NCBI GenBank assembly: GCA_963741945.1
Contig: CAVUKA010000008.1
Coordinates: forward strand, 132,728 to 196,727
Direction: 5' to 3'
DNA length: 64,000 nucleotides
DNA from: an uncultured Gemmatimonadales bacterium
Lineage (GTDB): Bacteria; Gemmatimonadota; Gemmatimonadetes; Longimicrobiales; RSA9
The notes under the pieces are model-generated. The model made no database searches. It was not told the origin of the DNA and saw nothing but the letters and a program-made list of their open reading frames with translations. Shown piece by piece: positions 30,534-39,689 of this stretch (position 1 is its first letter; each line of letters opens with the position of its first letter). Made by a program: the position numbers and the translations under genes.

Positions 30534-32362
30534 GGGCGAGCCAGGTGCTCGAGGATCCGGCGGGCGGAAGTTTCGGAGAAGCCGGGAACTGCGGCCACCT
30601 CCGCGGGCGACGCGGCGCGGAGCGCGCGAACGCTGCCGAACCGGGACAGCAGCAGCCGCTGCCGCTTCGGTCCGATGCCCGGGATTTCGGCCAGTTCGCT
30701 GGAAAGCGTCCGCTTCCCCCGCAACGTACGGTTGTATCCGATGGCGAAGCGGTGGGCCTCGTTCCGGATGCGCTGCAGCAGGCGCAGCCCCGCATGTGAG
30801 CGCGGCAGGCGCACCGGATCGCGACGGCCGGGCAGATAGACCTCCTCCTCCCGCTTTGCCAACGAGCAGAGTGCGACATCGAGGGCACCGACATCGTGCA
30901 GCGCGGCTCCCGCAGCCGAGAGCTGCCCCTTCCCGCCGTCGATCACGGCCAGGTCCGGGAGCGGGAGACCCTCGCCCGAACGGCGCGCGAAGTAGCGTGA
31001 GACCACCTCCCGCATGGAGCGGAAGTCGTCGTTCCCCCACTCACCGCGCACGCGGAAGTGGCGGTACTCGCTCTTCTTCGGCTCACCGTTCTCGAAAACG
31101 ACGGCACTGCCCACCACTTCTGTCCCCTGCGTGTGGGAGATGTCGAAGCACACCATGAGGCGCGGCACGATCTTGAGATCCAGCGCCTCCTGCAGCTCGT
31201 AGAGCGCATCATCCGCGCGGAAGCGCACGGCCTCGTCCAGCACCACGCGCTCCTCGAGCAGGTGCCTGGCGTTCTGGGCGGCCAGCTCCACGAGGCGCTT
31301 CTTCTCGCCTCGCTGGGGCACGTGCAGGTGGACTCGCCGCGACGCGGCCTCATCGACCAGCTCCTCCAGCGCTTCCCGGTCCTCGAAATCGGAGGGCAGG
31401 AGGACTTCCGAGGGAAGGTCGTCGATCCCCGCCTCGCCCCGGCCCAGGTAGAAGCGGATGGCCACGGCAGCGACAAGCGCCGCGTCGCCTTCCCACTCCA
31501 CGTTCGTGAAGTGGTCCACTTCCCGCCCCAGCAGCTTGCCCTGCCGGATGCGCAGCAGGACCGCGCTGGCGTTGTCGCCGTCCCGGGCCACGCCCAGCAC
31601 GTCCTGATCACCCCCGCGGACGTCGAACGCACGCTGTCGTCGCTCGATCGACTCCAGCCCGGTCAGCGTGTCGCGGAGCGTGGCCGCGCGCTCGAAATCC
31701 AGCGTTTCCACGCGCCGGGCCAGCTCCGCCTTCACCCGGCTCCGAACGCCCGAGACGTCGCCCCCCAGGACCTGGAGGATCTCGTCGATCATGGACCGGT
31801 AGTCCGCCTGCGACTGCAGTCCCACGCAGGGCGCCTGGCAGCGGCCGATGTGGTAGTCCAGGCACGGCCTGCGCGGCGCGTCCTCGGGCAGGTCGTAGCG
31901 ACAGCTGCGCACCGTGTAGGCCCGCTTCACGACCTCCAGTGCCTGGCGCATGGCCGACACTTCGGTATACGGCCCGAAGTACTTCGATCCATCGTTCTCC
32001 ACGCGCCGGGTCACGAACACGCGGGGGAACGGCTCCTGGACCGTGACCTTGATGTACGGGTACCGCTTGTCGTCCTTGAGGCGGATGTTGAAGCGCGGCT
32101 GGTGCGTCTTGATCAGGTTGGATTCCAGCAGCAGCGCCTCCGCCTCGCTCCCCACCACGATCGTGTCCACATCCCGGATCCGCCGGACCATCTCCTCCTG
32201 CTTCACCCCGTGGCCCGCGTCGTGGGAGAAGTGGCCGCGCACGCGCGACCGCAGCGATTTCGCCTTCCCGATGTAGATGATCCCGCCCCGGGCGTCCTTG
32301 AAGAGATAGACCCCCGGCCGCGTCGGCAGGTGCTTCAGCTTCTTTTCCAGCTTCTCGTTCAC
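30530..32362 (-). CDS. uvrC: Excinuclease ABC subunit C
   Basis: GIY-YIG (GVYLFKD..IIYIGKAKSL), CFDISH, IDGGKGQL, RNEAHRFAI, HhH. Confidence 0.97.
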   Translation of the reverse strand: MNEKLEKKLKHLPTRPGVYLFKDARGGIIYIGKAKSLRSRVRGHFSHDAGHGVKQEEMVRRIRDVDTIVVGSEAEALLLESNLIKTHQPRFNIRLKDDKRYPYIKVTVQEPFPRVFVTRRVENDGSKYFGPYTEVSAMRQALEVVKRAYTVRSCRYDLPEDAPRRPCLDYHIGRCQAPCVGLQSQADYRSMIDEILQVLGGDVSGVRSRVKAELARRVETLDFERAATLRDTLTGLESIERRQRAFDVRGGDQDVLGVARDGDNASAVLLRIRQGKLLGREVDHFTNVEWEGDAALVAAVAIRFYLGRGEAGIDDLPSEVLLPSDFEDREALEELVDEAASRRVHLHVPQRGEKKRLVELAAQNARHLLEERVVLDEAVRFRADDALYELQEALDLKIVPRLMVCFDISHTQGTEVVGSAVVFENGEPKKSEYRHFRVRGEWGNDDFRSMREVVSRYFARRSGEGLPLPDLAVIDGGKGQLSAAGAALHDVGALDVALCSLAKREEEVYLPGRRDPVRLPRSHAGLRLLQRIRNEAHRFAIGYNRTLRGKRTLSSELAEIPGIGPKRQRLLLSRFGSVRALRAASPAEVAAVPGFSETSARRILEHLARP

Positions 32363-32431
32363 GCTTCCCTCGCCCCCGTGCCCACCCCGGGCCGTACACG
32401 TCGCGCCGTCCTACGTCTTACCCCCGCACCC

Positions 32432-34012
32432 TCACCCGTTCCGCCGCAGCACCCGCCCGATCCACAGTCTGGCCTGGGGAAGGCCGAGCGCGGCCCCGAC
32501 GAGGAAGTAGACTACCCCGAACGGCACCAGCACTGCGATCCCGCGCAGGACCACGTGGATCTCCGGGAGGAGGGCGGCGATGCCACGGCTCACGAGCGCG
32601 GCGGCGACGGCCGCGGCGAACATGCGCAGCAGACGATCGCGGCCGGCGCCGACGCGGCCATCCAGCATGCGCACGAGCGATCGCCGGAGCAGCCACCACT
32701 CGAGCCACGCGGCCACGCCGGCGCCCAGGGCGATCCCGACCACGCCGAGCGTGGCGCCGGGCGCCACCTGGAGGCGGGAGAACGGGAACATGAGCCCCGC
32801 GCCCAGCACGCCCGAGAGCACCACCCGGACCGCCGCGATCTTCGCCGGGGTCTTCGTGTCCTGGAGCCCGTAGAACGTGGAGGAGAACAGCCGTGTGGAC
32901 GTGGATGCCAGCAAGCCGAGCGTGAGTGCGCCCAGGGTGAAGTAGACCTGGAGCGTGTTGGCCGGCCCGAAGTCGCCGTTCTGATAGAGCGTGGCCACCA
33001 CGATGTCGCCCAGCGCGAGGTATCCCACGAACGCCGGGACCACGAAGAACGCGATCTGGCGCAGACCGGTGTTGACCCTCTGTCGCATGACCTCCCGCTC
33101 GCCCATGCGCTGCCTGGCCAGCTCCGGCAGCTCGGCCGCGGCCACGGCCATGCCGAAGAGGCTGATCGGCAGGAAGTAGAGCGTGAGGCTGTACTGCAGG
33201 ATGGCCACGGACCCGGTGGCGAGGAACGCCGCGAGCCACATGTCCAGGTACCCGCTGAGCTGGACGACGCCCCGCCCGAGAATCACCGGCCCCGCGTTCG
33301 CCACCGCCGTGCGCACCCGGGGCAGGTGCGTGTCCCAGCGAACCTTCAGCCGCGGCTCGAGCCGCAGCACGAACGGCAGCTGGATGCCGAACTGGAGCAC
33401 GCCGCCGAGCAGCGCGCCCCAGGCCAGCGCGATCACGAGCCGGTCGGGTGCCATGCGCCCACCCAGGAGCACCATGGTCGCGATCATCGCCGCGTTCCAG
33501 AGCACGGGCGCGACGTACGGGATGAAGAAGCGGCGGTGGCTGTTCAGCACCCCGAGCGCCCACGCGGACAGGACCAGGATCCCGGTCATGGGGAAGATGA
33601 TCCGCACGCAGATCACGGTGAGGTCGCGCTGGAGGCCGGTGAAACCGGTGGTGAGGATGTCCACCAGCAGGGGCGCGGCGGCCACGCCGACCAGCGCCGC
33701 GACGCCCGCGAGCGCCATCAGCAGGGCGAACACGGCGCCGGCCACGCGCCCGGCTTCCTCTTCCCTCCCCTCTTCCAGCAGCTCGCTGTAAACAGGAATG
33801 AAGGAGGCGCTGAGCGTGCCTTCCCCCAGCAGGTTCTGGAGCACGTTCGGCATGCGCGAGGCCGCCGTGAACGCGTCCGCGGCGATGCTCGTGCCGAAGT
33901 AGCGGGCGAAGATCCGCTGCCGCACCAGGCCCGTGATCCGGCTGAGGAGAATCCCCGCGGCCACCCAGTGCGCGGACCGGTTGGGTTTCCCCTCGCCGCC
34001 GCCTTCAGCCAA
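32432..34012 (-). CDS. murJ: Lipid II flippase MurJ
   Basis: LLSRITGLVR, ADAFTAASRMPN..LLGEGTLSASFIPVY, FYGLQDTKTP. Start estimated at TTG 34012. Confidence 0.93.
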   Translation of the reverse strand: MAEGGGEGKPNRSAHWVAAGILLSRITGLVRQRIFARYFGTSIAADAFTAASRMPNVLQNLLGEGTLSASFIPVYSELLEEGREEEAGRVAGAVFALLMALAGVAALVGVAAAPLLVDILTTGFTGLQRDLTVICVRIIFPMTGILVLSAWALGVLNSHRRFFIPYVAPVLWNAAMIATMVLLGGRMAPDRLVIALAWGALLGGVLQFGIQLPFVLRLEPRLKVRWDTHLPRVRTAVANAGPVILGRGVVQLSGYLDMWLAAFLATGSVAILQYSLTLYFLPISLFGMAVAAAELPELARQRMGEREVMRQRVNTGLRQIAFFVVPAFVGYLALGDIVVATLYQNGDFGPANTLQVYFTLGALTLGLLASTSTRLFSSTFYGLQDTKTPAKIAAVRVVLSGVLGAGLMFPFSRLQVAPGATLGVVGIALGAGVAAWLEWWLLRRSLVRMLDGRVGAGRDRLLRMFAAAVAAALVSRGIAALLPEIHVVLRGIAVLVPFGVVYFLVGAALGLPQARLWIGRVLRRNG

Positions 34013-34268
34013 GCGACTTCCCCGGGGGCAGCCGCGGCTCGTCACGGTCCGCATCCTCCGCGAGCAGACGGTCCACGAACTCCGCTCGCTCGGTGAGACG
34101 CTCCACCTCCGCTCCCAGCCGCTCCAGCTCGGCTTCCAGCGCATCCACGCGCGGGTCCTGCAGCGCCCGCCGCTCCACGCGACGCGCCAGCGCCTGTCCC
34201 AGCTGGGAATCCAGCACCACCGCCAGGAGCGGGATCATGAGAACGAGGACCAGCAGCAGCCAGATCAT
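34005..34268 (-). CDS. Small membrane-anchored coiled-coil hypothetical protein
   Basis: MIWLLLVLVLMIPLLAVVLDSQLGQALARR, then a heptad region; overlaps the murJ start. Confidence 0.7.
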   Translation of the reverse strand: MIWLLLVLVLMIPLLAVVLDSQLGQALARRVERRALQDPRVDALEAELERLGAEVERLTERAEFVDRLLAEDADRDEPRLPPGKSLG

Positions 34269-34307
34269 GCCGCCATGATAGAGCCCGGCGCACCCACCCG
34301 CCAAGAC

Positions 34308-35951
34308 CTAGTCACACGATACGCCCTTCCACTCCGGCGCCGCGGCCCCGAGCTCCACCCGCATGGTGGCCAGGATCGCCGGCAGCAGCTCCGGCCCGTA
34401 GCGCGCCAGGTAATGGTGAACATTCAACACCCGCTCCTGGGGTTTCCCCAGCGGCGCCAGGTTCGCCGCCGCCTTTTCCAGCTGTTCCAGCTCGTTCTCG
34501 CTCCGCATCTTCAGGTGCTGTCGGATCTTTCGCTCCACGTCCGCCACGCCCTTGAAGCTTTCCCCGCGCGCATGCTGGATCGGCCCCTTCAGCGTCGGGT
34601 CGATCTCCCGCGCCGCTTCATAGACCGCCTCGTACCCCTCCTGGATTCTCCGCCGCAGCGCAGAAACCGCTTCCTGCACCTCCGTCGGCACCTCCTCGCG
34701 CACCACGTCCGCCACCAGCTCCTGCGTCGGGCGCTCGAACGACGAGGGCTCCAGCCCGAACCGCTCCAGCACTCTCTCCACTTTGGTCTCCACCAGCGTC
34801 ACGGAGAAGCGCGGGAACACCAGGGGCATTCCCACCGCGTGCGCCGCGAACAGGCAACCCGTCTGCGCCAGGTAGCGCACTTCTCCGGGGCCCCCCACGT
34901 ACGCCAGCGTGGGAAATACCGCGCTTTCCACCACGGGCCGCAGCACGACGTTGGGCGAGAAACGCTGCGGGTCCGATTCCAGGAGCTCCATCATGGAAGC
35001 GTCCGTCAGGCGACGCCGGGACCGGCGCAGCACCCACGCACCCCCGTCCCGCACCAGCCGCTCGCGTCCGTGCTCCTCGTCTTCGAGGAACACGTTGGCC
35101 GCACCTGCCAGGACCGGTACCTGCACCCCGTATCCGGCGGCTTCCAGCCGCTCCGTCTGTCGCATCAGCGCCGCCTCGCCCGCCGTCCCGTCCTGCAGCT
35201 CCCGGCGCAGCACCGGCACCGCCAGCTCCCGCACGACCGGGTCCGCCGCATCGACGAATCCCAGCGTGAACGGGCTGAGCACGCCCATCAGCGCACGTGA
35301 GAAGGCGTCGGCCACGGAGCCGTCCTGGTAGGCGTGGCGAATGCGCTCGAGCAGGGCTGGCGTAAACTCCGATGCAGGAAGCACATTTGCCAGTTCATCC
35401 AAAGCTGTTTCGACCAGACCCGAGCGCCCCGGCGCCCGCAGCGGGATCCGACCCATTGCGGGCTGCGCGTCGCCGGGAGGCGGAGCCATCTCGAGCCTGC
35501 GCAGCGCGTTCTCGGTGTCGAGGAGATGGGTGTGGCTGGCCTCCTCCCAGTCGTGGTCGTCGGACGCGATCCAGAAGAGGGGGAGGACGGGGACATTGAG
35601 GAGCCGCTCGAGCGTGCGGGCGAGGGCGACGGCGGACAGGGCCTTGTAGATGGTGTAGAGGGGCCCGGTGAAGAGTCCCGGCTGCTGACCGGTGGTGACG
35701 AAAAAGCCGGTCCCGCCGGCGATCTGCTCGAGGCGAGCTGCAGCCTGATCGTTGGACGGCCGAACGGCGGTGGCCATGTGCCGCAGCGCTTCCGTAGGGA
35801 AGCGGCCGCGGACCTCCTCCGCCTTCCGGCGGTATGCGCCGGGGTCGAAGGGGTGGCCGGGGAAGAAGGGTGCCAGGGCCGGCTCGGCACGCGCGTAGTC
35901 GTCCACGAGGCGGTTGCCGGACACGATGGCGGTACGGATATCCAGGTTCAC
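34308..35951 (-). CDS. bshC: Bacillithiol biosynthesis cysteine-adding enzyme BshC
   Basis: VTTGQQPGLFTGPLYTIYKA, FWIASDDHDWEE, FSPNVVLRP, YVGGPGEVRY, PQERVLN. Confidence 0.93.
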   Translation of the reverse strand: MNLDIRTAIVSGNRLVDDYARAEPALAPFFPGHPFDPGAYRRKAEEVRGRFPTEALRHMATAVRPSNDQAAARLEQIAGGTGFFVTTGQQPGLFTGPLYTIYKALSAVALARTLERLLNVPVLPLFWIASDDHDWEEASHTHLLDTENALRRLEMAPPPGDAQPAMGRIPLRAPGRSGLVETALDELANVLPASEFTPALLERIRHAYQDGSVADAFSRALMGVLSPFTLGFVDAADPVVRELAVPVLRRELQDGTAGEAALMRQTERLEAAGYGVQVPVLAGAANVFLEDEEHGRERLVRDGGAWVLRRSRRRLTDASMMELLESDPQRFSPNVVLRPVVESAVFPTLAYVGGPGEVRYLAQTGCLFAAHAVGMPLVFPRFSVTLVETKVERVLERFGLEPSSFERPTQELVADVVREEVPTEVQEAVSALRRRIQEGYEAVYEAAREIDPTLKGPIQHARGESFKGVADVERKIRQHLKMRSENELEQLEKAAANLAPLGKPQERVLNVHHYLARYGPELLPAILATMRVELGAAAPEWKGVSCD

Positions 35952-36424
35952 GGGCCTCCCTTGTGATACGGCTCGCCCCGCACGATGGTGCCGGCCCGAT
36001 AGAGCTGCTCGGCGAGAACGAGGCGCGCCACGTCGTGTGGCAGGGTCATGGAGGAGAGCGACAGGCGGTGCCGGGCCTCGTGCACGAGCCGGGCATCCAG
36101 GCCGAACGCTCCGCCAACCACGAAGCTCACACCGGCTCCCCCCGACACGGCCATGCGGTTGAGGTAGCGGGCGGTCTGCTCCGAGCTCCACGCATCGCCG
36201 ACACGGGTCAGGACGACGATCTCGTGGCCGGCCCCCACCACCCCCCGGATCCGCTCCGCCTCCTCTCCGAGGACGTCGCCCACCGGCCGGTTCTTCGAGG
36301 CGCGCGCCGCCTTCACTTCGGCGGTGGCCATCTTCCAGTAGCGTGCGGCGCGAGCTTCGAACTCGGCGATGGGCTGGGCCATCAGCGAGGATGGCCGCCC
36401 GACGGTGATGAGCAGGATGTCCAT
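35948..36424 (-). CDS. rlmH: 23S rRNA pseudouridine-1915 N3-methyltransferase
   Basis: FVVGGAFGL, LSLSSMTLPH, LAEQLYRA..I..GEPYHK. Confidence 0.95.
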   Translation of the reverse strand: MDILLITVGRPSSLMAQPIAEFEARAARYWKMATAEVKAARASKNRPVGDVLGEEAERIRGVVGAGHEIVVLTRVGDAWSSEQTARYLNRMAVSGGAGVSFVVGGAFGLDARLVHEARHRLSLSSMTLPHDVARLVLAEQLYRAGTIVRGEPYHKGGP

Positions 36425-36452
36425 GATCAGGCCCGGCCCGGCAGCGTGGTCA

Positions 36453-38024
36453 TCACGCCGCCCCGGGCTCGAGGGACAGGACCGTGTCGGCGCGGAAGCG
36501 CTCCAGCGGCTCGGGGTGGTCCACGTTGTAATGGAGCCCGCGGCTCTCTTTCCTCCGTCTCGCGCCGGAGGTGACGAGCGTGGCCACGTCGCAGAGGTTG
36601 CGGGTCTCCGCCACATCCGGATCCAGGGGGCCGTCCAGCCACAGCGACCGTGCGCGCGCCGACAGCTGCCTCAACTCCTCCTCTGCCTCCGCCAGCCGCG
36701 CATCCGTGCGCACGATGCCGCACTTCGACCACATGAGCGTGCGAAGCCGGTGCTGGACATCCCGCCATTCCGCGCCCGGTGCCCCCGGCTCCGGAAGATC
36801 CGGCACGGGGGCGTCCACGGCCGGGGATTCCAGCTCCTCCCGCACGACGAGCGCGGCACGGTGACTGAACACCACGGCCTCGAGAAGCGAGTTGGAGGCC
36901 AGCCGGTTCGCACCGTGTACGCCGGTGCACGCCACTTCGCCCGCGGCGAGAAGTCCGCGGAGCCCGGTGCGGCCGTCCAGGTCCGTGCGCACGCCGCCGC
37001 ATGCGTAATGGGCGGCGGGCACCACCGGGATCGGCTCCGCGAGTGCATCGACGCCCCGCCGCGCGCACGCTTCCAGGATGTTGGGGAACCGGTTGCTGAT
37101 CTTGTCCGGGGGTATCGCGGAGAGGTCGAGCAGCACGTGCGGCGCCCCGGTCTCCTTGAGCACGCTGTCGATGGCGCGTGCCACGACATCCCGGGTGGCG
37201 AGCGAGCCCAGAGGATGCCCCTCCATGACGGAGCGCCCATCGAGGGTGCGCAACACTGCGCCCTCCCCTCGCACCGCTTCCGAGATGAGCACCGCCTGGT
37301 CCTCGGCCGGGTAGAGCGCAGTCGGGTGGAACTGGACGAACTCCAGGTTCGCCACGGGCGCGCCGGCGCGGAACGCCATGGCCACGCCGTCTCCCGTGGC
37401 GATATCGGGATTCGTGGTGTGGCGATACACGCGGCCGAACCCGCCACTGGCCAGGAACGTCCGCCGGGCCCGGATCGCGGTCACGATGCCGCGCCGGTGG
37501 TCGAAGACCACCGCCCCACCACAGCAGTCGCGATCACCGCTGCGGCCGACGAGCAGGTCGATGGCGAGGTGGTCCTCGAGTGTTTCGATGGAAGGGTGTT
37601 CGCTCACGGCATCCAGAAGCGCCCGTTCGATCTCCCGGCCGGTAAGGTCCTGGGCGTGCACGATCCTGCGGCGTGAATGGCCACCCTCCCGCCCCAGTGA
37701 CAGGGTGCCGCCCTCGCGCGTGAAGCGCGCGCCCCAATCCATGAGCTCGCGGACCCTGGCCGGTCCCTCGCGGACGAGCTCCCGGACCGCATCCTCGTGG
37801 CACAGCCCGGCGCCCGCCTCCAGCGTGTCCCGCACATGCAGGTCGAAGCTGTCCGCCGGGCTCATCACGGCCGCGATTCCGCCCTGGGCGTAGTTCGTGT
37901 TGGAATCGGCCCGCAGCTTCTTGGTCACGACGACCACTTCGGCGTGCTCGGCGAGCTTGAGGGCGAACGTGAGTCCGGCAATGCCGGACCCGATGACGAG
38001 GACGTCCGTGGTCCTCTGATTCAC
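36453..38024 (-). CDS. nadB: L-aspartate oxidase
   Basis: GSGIAGL, TNYAQGGIA, EGGHSRRRIVH, FVQFHPT, GVHGANRLASNSLLE, ESRGLH. Confidence 0.95.
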   Translation of the reverse strand: MNQRTTDVLVIGSGIAGLTFALKLAEHAEVVVVTKKLRADSNTNYAQGGIAAVMSPADSFDLHVRDTLEAGAGLCHEDAVRELVREGPARVRELMDWGARFTREGGTLSLGREGGHSRRRIVHAQDLTGREIERALLDAVSEHPSIETLEDHLAIDLLVGRSGDRDCCGGAVVFDHRRGIVTAIRARRTFLASGGFGRVYRHTTNPDIATGDGVAMAFRAGAPVANLEFVQFHPTALYPAEDQAVLISEAVRGEGAVLRTLDGRSVMEGHPLGSLATRDVVARAIDSVLKETGAPHVLLDLSAIPPDKISNRFPNILEACARRGVDALAEPIPVVPAAHYACGGVRTDLDGRTGLRGLLAAGEVACTGVHGANRLASNSLLEAVVFSHRAALVVREELESPAVDAPVPDLPEPGAPGAEWRDVQHRLRTLMWSKCGIVRTDARLAEAEEELRQLSARARSLWLDGPLDPDVAETRNLCDVATLVTSGARRRKESRGLHYNVDHPEPLERFRADTVLSLEPGAA

Positions 38025-39058
38025 GATACCACCTCTTCGATCGCCCGCAGCACCCAGTCCCGTCCGCTCTCGAATCCTACCCTCTGCTCGAGCACCCAGA
38101 GGTCCGACGCCGCCATGAGGGGCGCCAGCTTCACGGCGTCCTTGGCCGTGAGCACGACCGGTCCATCACCGGCGAGCCGCGCCAGCTCGCGCGCTTCCGC
38201 CTCCGTGAAGGCATGGTGGTCGGGGAACGCGATGGCATCCACCAGCTCGGCCCCCTGCGCCTCGGCCTGGTCGAAGAAGTCGTCGGGGCGCGCGATCCCC
38301 GCTACGGCCAGCGCGGGGCCCCGCGGCCCGCCCTCGCGTGCGTGCCCCGCCGCGTCCACCCACCCGGCCGCGCGCAACAGCACCCGGGCCGTGCGACGCC
38401 CCGAGATGCGTGACACATCCACTTCCACGCGCGCGGAATCGGCCGGGGAGGCGGTCCTGCGCGTGACCACCACGATGTCGGCACGCTTCAGCGCCCGCGG
38501 CGGCTCACGGAATGGTCCACGGGGGAGCAGACGGGCATGTCGGGTCCAGGTTTCCGCCGCGACCAGCACGATGTCCAGGTCCCGCCCGATGCGCCGGTGC
38601 TGGAACGCGTCATCCAGGACGAGCACGTCGGCGCCCATGTGCATGGCCTTCCCCGCGCCGCGCAGGCGGTCCTTCTCGGCCACGACCGGCAGGTCGGGAA
38701 ACCAGAGCCGGTGCAGCATCGGCTCGTCTTCCGCATACCCGCCATGGAGGATCCCGGGGGTGAAGCCGCGCTTCACGAGCTGCCGGACCACCCAGCGGAC
38801 CATCGGCGTCTTCCCCGTGCCGCCCACGGTGATGTTGCCCACGCTGATGGCCGGGACCGGCGGTGCATCGGCGTCGGCGACCCCGGCGTCGTATGCGGCC
38901 TGGCGTGCCCGGATCGCCGCGCGGTAGCCGAGCTCGGCGGGCGTGAGGAGGGCCCCGAGGAGCCGGCCGGTCAGCCCCGCCTCCCCTTCCCAGAGTCGCT
39001 GGACCACGTCCGCCGGACCAAGCCGGTCGCCGCCCCTATCGCTGCGGTCCGCCATCAC
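38021..39058 (-). CDS. lpxK: Tetraacyldisaccharide 4'-kinase
   Basis: SVGNITVGGTGKTP, LDDAFQHRRIGRDLD, LLPRGPFREP, FPDHH, TAKDAVK. Confidence 0.95.
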   Translation of the reverse strand: MMADRSDRGGDRLGPADVVQRLWEGEAGLTGRLLGALLTPAELGYRAAIRARQAAYDAGVADADAPPVPAISVGNITVGGTGKTPMVRWVVRQLVKRGFTPGILHGGYAEDEPMLHRLWFPDLPVVAEKDRLRGAGKAMHMGADVLVLDDAFQHRRIGRDLDIVLVAAETWTRHARLLPRGPFREPPRALKRADIVVVTRRTASPADSARVEVDVSRISGRRTARVLLRAAGWVDAAGHAREGGPRGPALAVAGIARPDDFFDQAEAQGAELVDAIAFPDHHAFTEAEARELARLAGDGPVVLTAKDAVKLAPLMAASDLWVLEQRVGFESGRDWVLRAIEEVVS

Positions 39059-39689
39059 TATCCAGTTCGTCGATCATGGCGTTCATGTCCCGCTCCAGCT
39101 CTTCCAGGTGGCGCTGGAACGCGGCCTCATCCGCGTCCCTTGGCACGTAGCGCGGCTCGCCGTAGAAGATCCGCACGCGCGCGAACGGCTTCGGGATGCA
39201 GAATCTGTCCCAGTGCCCCGGCCACCACGCTCTGCTGCACCCAATGCCAATGGGGAGGATGGGCGCGCCGGACAGCTGGGCGATGCGGAGAAGACCCGGC
39301 TTCAGCCGCTGCCGGGGTCCACGCGGGCCGTCCGGCGTGATCGCCAGCCCACGTCCGGCCCGCGCCCGGCGAACGAGGGCCCGGAGCGCCTCGTCGCCCC
39401 CCCGGCTGGTGGAGCCGCGGACCGGCTCATAGCCCCATCCGCGCACGATCCGAGAGATGTACTCCCCGTCTCCGGACTGGCTGATCAGGGCCGCGATGTT
39501 CCGGTGGCGGTGGTAGTACGTCAGCGGCAGCAGCCTCCCATGCCAGAGGGCGAAAATCGCGCCCTCCCCCGCCGCCATGGCGTGGTCGAACCGCTCCCGG
39601 TGCTCGGTGGTGAACCGCACCGTGGCCATGAGCGCGTTCATGAGCCAGCGGCCCAGCAGCCCGATCACCGCGTAGCGAAGGCGCTTCAT
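39036..39689 (-). CDS. DUF374 / LPLAT-family acyltransferase (LpxJ-like)
   Basis: FALWHGR, LISQSGDGE, VRGSTSRGG, AITPDGPRGP, WDRFCIPKPF. Confidence 0.85.
   Translation of the reverse strand: MKRLRYAVIGLLGRWLMNALMATVRFTTEHRERFDHAMAAGEGAIFALWHGRLLPLTYYHRHRNIAALISQSGDGEYISRIVRGWGYEPVRGSTSRGGDEALRALVRRARAGRGLAITPDGPRGPRQRLKPGLLRIAQLSGAPILPIGIGCSRAWWPGHWDRFCIPKPFARVRIFYGEPRYVPRDADEAAFQRHLEELERDMNAMIDELDSDGGPQR

Noticed and set aside
31058-34096. 1012-aa plus-strand ORF
   Set aside because: Shadow of uvrC and murJ.
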